64,000 bases of DNA, taken from contig MU054338.1 of assembly GCA_013239625.1 (NCBI GenBank), positions 3,931,371 through 3,995,370 on the forward strand, in the 5' to 3' direction. Source of the stretch: Lama guanicoe. Taxonomy: Eukaryota. The first letter of the stretch is position 1, and each line of letters starts with the position of its first letter. Shown piece by piece: positions 1-11,638 of the stretch. The notes under the pieces are model-generated. The model searched no databases, had not been told where the DNA came from, and saw nothing but the letters and a program-made list of their open reading frames with translations. Position numbers and translations under genes: made by a program.

Positions 1-900
1 CCGGGTCCCCCAGAACGAGGGGGCGGGGAGCGTGGCGCGCTGGGCCCACGACCAGGCCCTGTCTATTTACATCCGAAGCCAAGGCGCTGAGGCCGAGCCT
101 CCCGCCCTCTTCAGCCCCCGCCCTGGCCTGCGAGGCAGAAAGGCTTCAGGGCCGCGGTCCCGCGGTCTCCCGAGTCGTCTGGCCAGACGGTGGCAGGGCC
201 GGGGCTGCCGGGAGTGATGGGCCAGGCCGGTGAGCCCGGCCTGAGGGGACGCAATGGGGAGCGGCTGCGGGGCCTGCTTGGCCGTTCTTCCGGAGCAGAC
301 AGGCCCCCCGCACGCCGGGGTGCTCACCCTCCGGCCCTGTGGGTCCTGGGCCTCCCGCCGCCCGTTCCCCGGCCGTCAGCTGGCCCCCGACGGCGCCTCC
401 CCTACCTTCGTTCGCCAGGTCCGCCATTTTACTTCCTTAAGCCCTCCCACAAGGCCCCGCGCCGGCCCGGGCTCGTCTGCTTTCTGCCAGAAAGTCCCGC
501 GCGTGCGCACTTCTCAAGCCGACTCCGAGCGAGGCGGGCAGCTCGCGCCTGCGCGCTGAGCCCAGCGCGGAGCGGAGCTCGGGATCGCGGTCCCGGCCAG
601 GACAAACTCGGAGCACGCGCCTGCGCATTAACCGCCCCCGCCTCCTTTTCCCGCCGACAGAGGGGGCGTGGGCAGGACAGGGCGCATGCGCAGTGGGCCT
701 CGCGCGCATGGCGGGCGAAGCAGGAACCGCTGTTCTGTGAGGCGGTGAGGCTGGAGTGGGTCTTGACACTCCAGCTCTTCGCTTGTTTTCCGGTCCTGTC
801 CCCGCGGCCGGAGCGTGAGCCGCCCAGGGCGCTGCGGCCGAGGCCTTCATCAAGGTAAATCCTTGGGGAGGGGAGGCCTACAGAGGGTCGGGGGGCACCC
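1..900. promoter_or_regulatory. CpG-island, probably bidirectional, promoter of RANBP3
   Basis: Very high GC/CpG density; NRF1-type GCGCnTGCGC at 499-508, 545-554, 617-626, 682-691; YY1 motif CCGCCATTTT at 421-430 overlapping the start codon, next to ETS core ACTTCC at 431-436; GC boxes. Confidence 0.85.
406..427 (-). CDS. RANBP3: RANBP3 first coding exon (22 nt, MADLANE + G); the rest of the gene runs off the left edge
   Basis: ATG at 427-425 gives MADLANE, the known RANBP3 N-terminus; donor G|GTAGGG at 405; lies in a CpG island; RANBP3-RFX2 adjacency matches human 19p13.3. Confidence 0.93.
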
Positions 901-2953
901 TGTGTCACCCGAGGCCTCAGTTTCCCCTTCTAAGGGACCAGTACTTTAGGCAAACAATTTCAGAGGCCACGTGGAGAAGTTGGGGATGGTTGGGAAGGAA
1001 GTAGAGGTCAGTGGTCGAAGATCACTGCCTGGGGGGTAGAGGCGGGACAGGTGTTGGTTGGGGGACTTGATCTCACCAAGCCAACGGAATGGGAGCTGCG
1101 GGACCCCCAGACCCCGATATCCCGGACCAGACAGCGCCTGGCACCGAGCCTCAGTTGAGTGTCTTCGTCGGGAACATGGGCAGATCAGCGCTGCAGGGCT
1201 TGTGGAGATTATTGGACATGCTGGACTCATTCGCGACTCACCTGCTATGGATGCCTCAGAACATCCCGTGGGCTCTGCCCAGATCCACCCATTGCCCCCA
1301 AATGGGCTTTCCCTACCCTAGGTCAGACCTCTTCATCTCTCTCCTGGAAGGCCTGACAGCCTCTTCCCCTCTCTGCTCTTTTTTTTTTTTGGAAATAGGC
1401 AGCACACAGAGGAATCTTTAAAGAGTAAATTAGATCAAGGGCACAGCTTTCCTCAGTGGTTCCAAAGGGCTTTCTGCTGAACTTGGAATAACTTCTAACC
1501 TCTTATTCAGGTTTACAAAGCCCCCCCTAGTTTTTGCTGCCATGCTCTGCCTTGCTTCTTGCAGCTCAGCCACATGGGTCTTCCTGTGTCCTGGGAGCCC
1601 ACCAAAACTTCCAGCCTCAGGACCTTTGCATTTGCTGTTCATGTCCCATGCCTTACTTAGGTTTGAGTCCCAGCCCCCCTCCTTCTGCTCCAGTATGATC
1701 AAGAGCCTGTGGGCCACATCTGGCTTGTGAGCTAAGGAGGCTTTATGATTATTGGGAGAAAATTAAAAAAAGAATAATCGCCCATGATGTGAAAATTGTA
1801 TGAAATTTAAATGTCAGTGCCCATAAATACAGGTTTATTTGGAAACAGCCGTATTCACATAATGTCTATGTCTGCTTTTGAGCTGCAACAGCAGAGTTGA
1901 GTCCTTTTAACAGACTGTCACACCAACAAACTTAAAATATTTACTCTTTATAGAAGTTGGCCAACCTCTAATCTAGGACACGTGTATTTACATGGTCCTG
2001 TACGTGTCTCTACAACCAGTGGTGTGTGGTGAATGTTTAACAACTTTCTCTGGGGAGAGAATGTGTGTTTCTGTCTGTCTGTATTTATTTATATGTGTGC
2101 CTGTGTTTATATAGTTCATGGTAAATTTTACTATTTTCCCATCACTTGAGTCTGGAAGACAACAAAACAACAAATTGAACCCTGAAACAGCATTGTGATA
2201 AATAAAACATAAATACATAAAACAAAACATAATCTCAAAAATGAATTGAGCTCTGGCTTGTAGTGTTGATTTTATTGGTATAAATACTTCAACTCTGGCC
2301 AATTTCCAGCTACCAATGTGAACGTCACTAACCAGAGTTGAGAAGATGTGCGGTAGGACACGAGCCTTTTTTTTTTTTTTTTTTTTTTTTTTATACCTCT
2401 AGAGCTTGTTTTTTTTTGCTGCGGTCGCCAGACGGCAAAATACAAGAATCCCAGATCCCAGCGTAGGCTTGAATCAGAATCTGTATTTTAGCAAGATACC
2501 GGGGCTTCCTATGCTCATTAGATCTTGAGAAGCACTCTTCAGGAACTGTTAAATGGAACTTTGATTTATTGCTGGGGATGGGGCATATTTAATACTACTA
2601 AAAATTTCCCCAACTTTTACGTAACAGATACCTGATTCCGCTACCCCGGATTTTTGCCTCCAGGCTATACGCACAGGCCGCAGACCTTGAGTGAGAAATT
2701 CTCCAGAAATAGCTAGAACATCGATGCTGGAAAGGACGCTGTGGTGGTCCAGTCCATCTGGTTACCTGCAGTGCGTAGACTCAGGTTTCCTCATCTCTTG
2801 CTTATGGGTATCACCATCTTCATTATATTTCATTATATATAGCTTTTGGGTAGGTGTTCTTGGCCTTTGTCATATATCTGAAGCCTCTGGCCTTTAATAA
2901 ACTTAATACTTTTCTGTATATGGCTTTTATTTACTTATTAAAAAATGTTTTTA

Positions 2954-3086
2954 GGGGGAAGTGTATAGCTGAAGCGGTAGAGCACAAGCTTAGCATTGTA
3001 CAAGGTCCTGGGTTCAATCCCCAGTGCCTCCTCCAAGAATAAACAAGTAAATCTAATTACCTCCCTCACAGAAAAACAAAAAAAAA
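2954..3086 (+). mobile_element. tRNA-derived SINE (camelid Vic-1-like)
   Basis: GGGGGAAGTGTATAGCT..GGTAGAGC A-box, GGTTCAATCCCC B-box, aaatctaattacctccc tail, A-rich end. Confidence 0.85.
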
Positions 3087-3099
3087 TTTTTTTTTTAGT

Positions 3100-3275
3100 G
3101 ACGGATAGTTGATTTACAGTGTCATGTTAATTTTTGGTGTACAGCATAGTGATTCAGTCATACATATATATTCCTTTTCACATTTTTCATTATAGTCTAT
3201 TACAAGGTATTGAATATAGTTCCCTGTGTTATACAGTAGGACCTTGTTTATCTATGTTACATACAGTAGTTTGAA
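3100..3275 (-). mobile_element. L1 3'-end fragment (cetartiodactyl-type)
   Basis: tagttgatttacagtgt...ggtgtacagcatagtgattcag...gaatatagttccctgtg; reverse-complement similar to the insert at 53815-53958. Confidence 0.75.
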
Positions 3276-3864
3276 TATGCCTTTTGATAGTTTTAAGTTT
3301 ACATTAAATAGATATCTGTAGATCACCATTTCAAATAGAAAACCACTAAGCAATGAATAGGAGATAATTGTTAAAAAAAATTTGTTTTCATGAAAACTTT
3401 TGTGTTTTCAGATTCTGGGTAGAGCCTGTTGCCTGCCCAGTGCCGAGGCCTAAGCCTGCTTTTCCTTTGATGGGGAGGTTAGCAGAGGATCAGAGCGGGT
3501 ATTAAAGGCGTATTATCACTCAGCTGAAACTTCTTGACACGATGAGAAGCGTGAAAGAGAACTGAACATGGGTGAACTGTAATCCCTGAGGTTCGGTGTC
3601 GCTTAACACCCTGCCTCCACGTCTCCAAAAGCCATGTCATAGCCCACATCCAGCTCCCATTTTGGTAGCCTCCCAGCAGCACGTCATCACTTGCTAAATA
3701 TAATCCAGCTGTGGTTTTTCAAGGGCTGTCGGGAAATGCTCAACCTGTCAGCCTGATGAGCCACTAACTTGCCCACGGCTTCACGGTTCTCATCCTGCTG
3801 CCCCAGCTCTGTCTGGTCTCTAACAGATTAACTTAGTATTTTAAACGTATTTGTTGACTACCTA

Positions 3865-4232
3865 GTGTGGTGGTTTAAAAACATGGCCCCAAACCCTTTA
3901 ACCCTCTTCCCATCAAGAGGTGAGGTCTCCGATTCCCATCAACAGGGGCAGGCTTGTTACTGGTCCATTAGTGGCCATGACACCATGTGATGTATGAAGT
4001 GAGGTCATAACAGTGACAGGATGCATCTTCCTCCTGCTTTGCTGGAACACTTGCCCTGAAAGCCTCCACTGTCATGCCCTGAGGTCGCCATGCTGTAAGG
4101 AAGCCAGAACACACCAAAACGCAAAGCCCTGAGAGCGACCTAGCCCTTCCCCTTCCTCACCCCCATGGAAGATAAATGACGGTTGCTGTTATAAGCCACT
4201 AGGTTTAGGAACGTCTGTTACACAGCAATACA
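3865..4232 (+). mobile_element. MaLR LTR (MLT1-like)
   Basis: tgtggtggtttaaaaacatggcccc start; taagccactaggttt...gttacacagcaata end. Confidence 0.65.
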
Positions 4233-5145
4233 CAGCCACCACACTGACGATGCCTCGGGCCCAGGATGAACAAGACAGACCTACTTCCACAGAGCTTTGC
4301 ATTCTTTTGTGAGGAGACTGACAATGACAAGCAAAAATAGTTTGAGATAGTGACCAGGGCTACAGAGAAAATACAACAGCATATCATGACAGAGAGGGGA
4401 TACTTTAGATTGGCTGTTCAGAGAAGTCCCCTCTGAGGAGGTGACACTCTAATAGAAGACCTGCAGGAGAAGCACTCTAGCCAGAACAGTGAGTGCAAAG
4501 GTCCTGGGGCAGGAACCAGGTTGGTGAGCTGGAGGGGCAGTGAGGAGCTCAGGATAGCCAGGGCAGAGCGAGCCAGGGGCCACGCAGTTGTCAAAGGAGT
4601 ATGAGGTTTTTCCCAAGACAAGGGTTGGAAGTGGGAGATGGATCCAGATGGTTTACCTTAAACTGCTGATCGGCCCCTCTGCCGCCTGCTTCCTCCCTGG
4701 CTCACCAGGAGACAAGTCCGAGGACCCCCATCCCCAACCTCAGCCTGGGCTGGGCTCTGACAACTGGGAACTGCTTTCTCTGCAGCCGAGTTGGAAATGT
4801 CTTCTGTAGCTGGGCCCCATAGCTGTAACTCAGCTCTCATCTTCCCACTGCGGGCGGGGGCAGGCATGTGCTGTATCTGCTCTCTGGCCAGCCCCACACT
4901 GAGGGTGAGGACCTAGAGATGAACCAGCTGCGGCTCCTCTCCTCCAGGAGCTGAGTCAGGCGAGGGTGGAGGGAAGTCACGCTGGGCGGCCTCGGCTCAG
5001 CACCCTTCCTTGCCCTCCTGCCATCCGCAGGGCCGAGTTCTTGATAGCGGGGTGTCCCTTGTGGACGGACACACAGGCCGAGAGGGGGACCCCTGCCCCA
5101 AGCTGAGACACATTAGCTTCCCTCCCTTCCTTTGCAGCAGCTAAA

Positions 5146-5625
5146 TGTCACTGAGTCGAGCTCCTACTGCTCTCCACAAGACAGGCAAATTGAGAGACGA
5201 GTTGTTGGGGGAAAGTGACTTTACCTGGAAAGCCAGCAGACCGAGAAGATGGTCTAGTGACTAGTGTCCCAAAGAACCATCTTGCCCGAGTTAGAATTCA
5301 GGTTTCTCTTAGACTAAAAGGGAGAGGAGTAAAGTTAAATAGTTCTTAGCTCTGATCAGCCTCCAGAGGGCATGTGTTAACTTCTTCCCGACCGCAGTCA
5401 TTCACAGCTGGGCCCGGTTAGGGTGTTTCCTGTGAGCTAAACAAAGATATTTTAGCTTAATGCTCATTACCTGGGAGGCAGGGGTCCCAAAGAATGGGCC
5501 ATCAAGTATAATTTAAGCTTATAGGCAGCATCCCTTTAGTGATTAACTTGCAGCAAAAGCAATACATAGATTAAAGTAAAAGAAACAGATCCAATATGGA
5601 GTCAGATTTGTTCTTTCCTATTACA
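5146..5625 (-). mobile_element. ERV1-class solo LTR (MER4-group-like; family uncertain)
   Basis: TG...CA termini with a perfect 4-bp TSD TAAA (5142-5145 / 5626-5629); 480 bp; minus-strand 3' end resembles MER4-group LTRs (recalled). Confidence 0.8.
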
Positions 5626-8207
5626 TAAACAGGGTATGGAACCATACTATGCTTCTCTTACTGTTTCATTTGTAATTAAGAAGTTTAAATTTTAAAATAA
5701 ATTCAGACTTAACAAAGAAGTTGCAAAAATCATACCAAGCAATTCCGTATAGCCTTCACCCAGCTTCCTCAAATATTAACATCTTAGGTAAACAGCACAG
5801 TGGTCAAAACCAGGAAGTTCACACGGGTACCATGCCATTCACTCATGTACAAACCTAGTCTGATCTCATCTGCTGACTGCCAGGTTTTGTTCCTGTTCCA
5901 GGATGCAGCCCAGGACCCCTTGTTGCGTTCAGATGTCATTTCTCCTCAGTGTCCTTTAGTCTGGGTTAATGCCTCTGTCAGGTCTTTCCTTCACCATGAC
6001 GCTGGTGAGGAGCACTGCCCAGCTATTCTGTAGAATGTCCCTTAGTTTGGGGTTTGTTTGCGGTTTCCTCCTAATTAAATTCAGGTGGTGGATTTTTAGT
6101 AGGAATAACACGGAGTAGCTCCTATCAGAGGCAAGTGATGTCGTTTTGTACCGTTAACTGACAACAACTCAGATCACTTGGAGACGGCCAGGCTACTTTT
6201 CCGTTTGTAATCACGGAATATCTTGTGGAGAGATAAAAAAAATAAAAAGACTATTTGAGGAAGAGGAGGAGAGACAGCTGGGGCAAAGGGGAAGCTAGCC
6301 CTTTCATTCCGCTGCTTCAGTAAGCAAAACAGTCTCCCTTCTAAGCGAAGTCGGAGCTGGCGGGTTTCCCAGGTGAAAAGGAAGAGGCTGTGCCACACAG
6401 TGACCACACGGGGGCGGCAGAGGACTGGGGTGCGATCAAAACTGGGCCCAACAGAAAAAGCAGTTAGAGCCTCCCGAGCAATTAGACTTGCGGAGACTCA
6501 GAGGCGCTGCACCTGCTGAGGTCTGGCACCTTCCGGGAACCAGGTCGGCTAGGCGCTGGCCGGCGTTACTCCCACCAAACATCCAGCACCTGAATTTAAC
6601 TTGCAACCCCCAACACCACCTCTATCAAATGTAAGCAAACAGGGAATTTGCTGGAAAGCGACGCGGATGCTCACAAGCCCAGGGAGGAGAGATAAGGAAC
6701 TGGGCAGCCCCAGTGGGTCTAGGGGGCTGGGACCGTAGAGCAGAATCGGCGGGGCGCCCCCCGAGGAGGTTGCTTTCAGTCTTACATTCAGCTCACAATT
6801 CAGATTCTGAGGTGTCGGGTGGGTCCAGCATGATGGCACGTGCTTAATCCTGGCCTCCACCCACTTGATGCCTCCCTCAAGAATTTACTGAGTGACAGCC
6901 TTTAGCCAGGGGGGTCCAGTGGGCAGCTGTACAGATGAGGGTTGATGGAGGGGAGTTTGAAATCCACTTTGAGGCCACAGGCCTCACACTCCTGGGCCAT
7001 CACTTCTAGAATGACACCCCCAGTCCTTGCCAAGATCTAGGAAGCCCTCTGTCTTCCTCCCAGTCCCCCCCTACCTCCCATCCTCCAGCTCACCCTGCAC
7101 CACCCCACACGCCAGCCCCTCCGTCCCTCGCAGCCCCCTCAGTGTGTGTGAGTGCCCTCAGAGAGATGCCACTTGAAGCAATGGGAGACAGGCCACCCTG
7201 CAGAAGGAATCAGGGTGTTCTCCTCGAAGACCAAGGTGGAACGGATGCCAGACAGCCAAACCCCACAGGGTGCTCACCACAGAGATTCGCGAAGGGACCC
7301 ACGACCTCAAAGTAGTGGTGAACCACTCTCCAGCACTGTGGCTTTCAGTACATGTGTGTGTTCAATGTTACCTGCACTGCATGCATGTGTATACACACAT
7401 ATATGCTAGATAAAGGTTTTACCAAGCCATGTTTATCTTTGTTAATTACATGGACACTCCTGATCTTTTCTTTCTATCCTGGTCCATCAAAAAGAAAAAC
7501 AGGTCCAACCCACCAACATGACTTCATAACCCCCCTGGCCTGCAGCTGGGCCCTTGGCTCCAGCAGGCCCCTCGCCTCTGCCCCACCTCCAACTCCACCA
7601 CCACACTTCCGTTCGACCCCTCCCCCCAGCTTGTACCATCTTCACAAGGACCTAATTGACCCCCTTGCTTCCATTTTCTTCCTGTGTAATCCATCCACCA
7701 GAGTAAGTCTTTCTGAAGCCCAGCTTCCATTTTATTTATAAAAAAAATTTTGGTGGTGATCCCCTGAATGAATTTGACTTTCTTAATCTGTCCTAGATTT
7801 GGGAAATACATTTGGAGTAAGACAAATCAGAGCAACTCACCCCCAGAGCTTATGGGAAGGATGGATTTGCCAGCCATCACAATAAAGTATGGCACAGGAA
7901 ATATGGGGTGGAAGGGATGCTATAATCTCAGGGATCTTCCAGGAAGGCTTCCTGGAGGAGGCATCAATTACAACAAATGCTAAAGAGGAAGGAGTGTGTG
8001 TATGTGGGGTGGGGGGTAGGGGTGGGGTTAGGCAGGAAGAGCAGTGAAGGTGACAGAACCTGAAATGAGACAGGGAGGAGTTCCAGGAGCAAGAAATCAG
8101 AGAGTTGAGTGGGTGAGGGCTGGTGTGGGGCACAGGATGAAAAGGCAAGTGATAAGTGAAGTGGTTGTCAACATCTCAAAGATGCAGAGAACTGGTCATG
8201 GTATTAG

Positions 8208-8392
8208 CCAGCGGTTCTCACCTGGGTGGATACTGCCCCCCAGAGGACCTGGGCAATCAAAATCTGGAGACATTTCTGGCCCTCACACCTCTGGGTGGGG
8301 CACTACTCAATGCCTCACAGTGCCCTGGATGACACCACACCTCCGAGACTTATCCAACCCCAAAGGCCAATAGCACCAAGTTTGAGAAACAG
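8208..8392. mobile_element. MER20-like element (second copy ~61275-61435)
   Basis: cagcggttctca...tgccccccagaggacctgggcaat..tctggagacattt...tttgagaaac. Confidence 0.65.
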
Positions 8393-9904
8393 TTGCTGAA
8401 TGCTTACTTCAGTACTTTCTACAAACCAAAATTAAATCTCACAACACTGCGAGGTTGGTTTTTTCCAGATGGGGAAATCAATCTAAGTAATTTACCTGAG
8501 GGCACAGCTGGTGTCCTCGCTCCCTGCTGGGCTGCCTCTCCAGGCCAGCAAAGCTAGGGGAGTGGCAAGGAGGAAGCCTTGTGGGCATTTTGAGAAGGCA
8601 GGAGGGGTGGAGCCAATGGGGTGGCCCTGAGTTCCTGGCTCAGGCAGTTGGATGGCCAGTGCAGCGGATACTGTGATGTAGATCTGGGGAGGTCTGGGTG
8701 GCCAGATGCTGAGCTCCTGTCTTGCTCTTGGGAGGGCGAGGCACTCCCCAACCTCTGAGCAGCGGTGGGTGGGCAGCTGTGGAGCAGGTCAGCAGCACAT
8801 GGATGAGGCCACTGAGGGTGTGGAAGAGGCAGGACCCAGGTGCCAAGGGGCAGCAGCCAGAAAAGTGGGAGGAAAAGGGGGAGGCGTGACACTCCCAGCC
8901 AGGGGGACTCTCCCTTCGTAGCGCTCCTGCAGCTGGTGTGTGTGTGTGTGTACCTTGCATCTTGCTTCAGAGTCCCTGCTACCAGAGAGTTCTTGGAGGC
9001 AGGAACATCTATGGGACCCCCTGCATCCCACCTGTGGCTTACTGAACTCTGACTGGAGGTCATTAGGGTTGTAACAATCACCAGGAACCCAGGTTCCTTC
9101 TGCTTCATTGCTTTGCTGTCCTTATTTTATGACATCTTCCTTGATGTTCAAGATGGCTGTTGGTGCTCCAGCCATCTAACCTGCATTCCAGCCAGCAGCC
9201 TTAATTTTCCCATGTGTACAATTAGTTGGGAGTGGGAGTAACACCTACCTTGGAAGGTTGTCAAAAAGAGAAGAATGGACAAAGCATCTAGCGAGAAGCC
9301 ACTGTGATTAGTCAGAGCCTTCCAGAGGCTCTTGGTAGGACGAGGTCCTCTGTGCAGTGCTTATACCTGGGGCCCTACCTACTCGTTGGCCAGTGGGCCT
9401 TCAGCGGGCTCCCCTCCTCATCTCTCCTCCAGTTCCTGGGGCAGGAAGCACATGGGCATCACCTGTGCTCACGAGCCTCTCCAGCCACTCAGATCCCGGG
9501 TCCCCACCCTAATCCCATAGGCAAGTCTATCTGTAGATGGGGCCCAGGCATCGGCGATTTTGAAACAAGCTTACACACTGATTCTCAGGGGAGAAGTTCG
9601 GCCCTGCCCCTGTACCAAGCAAGCTGTGAGAACTACCAGTGTGCTGCCTCAGCGGCTGGAGCGTGGATTTATTCTGCTGAATGAGTCTTGTCTGCTTACA
9701 GTCTCGCCCTTCCTGGGCTAAGAGTGCCTTGCCCTCTCTGGCCCAGCGCTGGCCTTGCTAAATGAAGCTGGGGAAACTGCTCCTTCCAAACACTCCCTAG
9801 AGAGCTGGGGGAAAGCACCACTGCCTCCCCTCTGCGGGAGGGAAGGCTGCCTCCTCCCGGGCCGCTGGGGGGGGAGGGGCTGCAGTGTGGATTGTGACCC
9901 CCAA

Positions 9905-11525
9905 GACGGGGATGTTCGATGTGTTTATTGCAATGAAAAACGAGAATGGGCTTGGAAAGCTCTTTACTGTCATTTATATTCCTCCTCGTGGAATCCTGCA
10001 AAGAACTAGACAGAGCATAAGGCAGAAACATGTGGAAGAAAAGGCAGGCGTCACAATCCATGAGCTGTGAACTTGAGTGTCTCCCGGGGACGGAGATGTT
10101 CATTTAAAGACATTCCTTCTGTCTGATTTCACCTGAGTCTGGGGCTCTCAGGCCAGACGAACGCTGCGGTCATTCCGGGCTTCTGGCTTCTACAGTGCGG
10201 TCTCTCGCCCTCCCCTCGGCTCTCCCCACGCACCTGCGAGGGCCCAGGGGCGCAGGGAGCTCCTGCCTGTCGGGAAGCAGGCTTTTTAAAGGCCACGTGA
10301 GTTTACACTAGTACCTTCTGCATGAATGAGAAAACAACACTGGGGACCGAATATACTGCAATGTACACATTCGTAAGAAACGTTCTAGTAACAGAGCACA
10401 AAACTATTGTTATAAACATATTTCCAAAAAGAGAAACTATTGCATTTCAGAAAACGGTGCTTCCTAGACCAGACGTTGGTCTTTCTTCTTTGCAGGTGCT
10501 TTGGGGCAGAATTCTTGCACGGAGCTCACTGGTGCGACGTGTTCCGACGGGTAGATCCGGAGCATTCAGAGGTCAGAGTTGGGCAGGTCCTTGGGCCTTG
10601 TTTGTCCCCAGACAAGAGTTTTGACTCTGAGCCATCCAAGATGGGACTTGCCGGGGTCACAACGCTCCAGGATCACGACTTCAGAGGCAGGCGTCCCGGA
10701 AGGTGCCGTGGAGCGGGACTCGGGCACGGCTGTCAGGGCGCAGACTTGGGACGGCCGCTCTCTGTGGGCGCTGCGGGAACACTGACCTTCCGGCCCCCTT
10801 GGAACAGACTCACTTCAGACCTAACGGTTCAGCTTGACGCTGGCTGTGACCTTGCGGAACCCCAATCCCTCCAGCTGCTGCTAATGCTTCTGGGTTTGAT
10901 TTTTTAAGGACAGCACCACGTCTTGGTACGAGCAGGCCTGTTTCGGTGACTTGTTCTAGGAGCCACAAGGGGCCAAGGGCTGTGTGCCGTCCAGGGATGC
11001 GGCGATTGGCTGCTGCCTCTGGGGGCCCGGCCTCTGTGCCTCAGCGACCGGCAGGGCAGAGGCCGCGGTGTGGGCTCTGAGACGGCCCCTCCCCACCACC
11101 GGGCACCAGGGGGGCTCCAGGGACGCTGGCCAGCTCGGCCTTGCCCGCCAGCTACAGGGGACATCCCTCCCTTCCCGGGAGCCACGGTGAAAACTGGAAT
11201 CAGCTGAATGGAGGAGATGCCCAATGTGGTGATACCGACTTAGCCCACAGGGCCCTGCGGGCTCTGGAGGTGGGATGTGTGCAGGGAGGACAAGAACATT
11301 TAGAAGAAGGGAAAGACAGTCTGAGTGGCTCAGGTGAGCCGCTCGGGCACCGGGTGCCCGACGTGAGCTTCTGGTCACAACTGGTTTCTTTTGGAGGAGC
11401 AGCGTGTTCTGGAAGGGCACCCCGGCCTGGGGCCCCAGGAGTCAGCGTAAAGGTCACTTTGTCTAAGAGGCACTATTGCAATGGAGCTCGGGGAATCGGG
11501 CCGGAGCCAGGGAGGCGCCGCCAGG
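9905..11525 (-). other. RFX2: RFX2 3'UTR (about 1.6 kb, end approximate)
   Basis: Sequence without recognisable repeats from the stop codon to the first AATAAA seen on the minus strand. Confidence 0.7.
9924..9929 (-). terminator. Probable RFX2 polyadenylation signal (AATAAA); second candidate at 9668-9673
   Basis: TTTATT on the plus strand at 9924-9929 and 9668-9673. Confidence 0.7.
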
Positions 11526-11638
11526 CTAGACGCCCTGCAGGGAGTGGTTGGGGTCACTGCGCTCCCGCTTCACCCGCGGCTCGCCCCGGCCGCGGGCCTC
11601 CGAGTGGGCCTCTGCACTGTGGTCCTCACCGATGTCAT
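11526..11638 (-). CDS. RFX2: RFX2 last exon, coding part
   Basis: cacag|(D)[36 protein letters not shown] then TAG at 11528-11526. Confidence 0.95.

Noticed and set aside
190..858. 222-aa plus-strand ORF and overlapping ORFs in the promoter
   Set aside because: R/G/P/A-rich with no recognisable domain; explained by stop-codon scarcity in a CpG island
2367..2420. Long poly-T run as a retrocopy tail
   Set aside because: No convincing TSD or poly(A) signal; it sits at the edge of a MER63-like element and may be simple slippage
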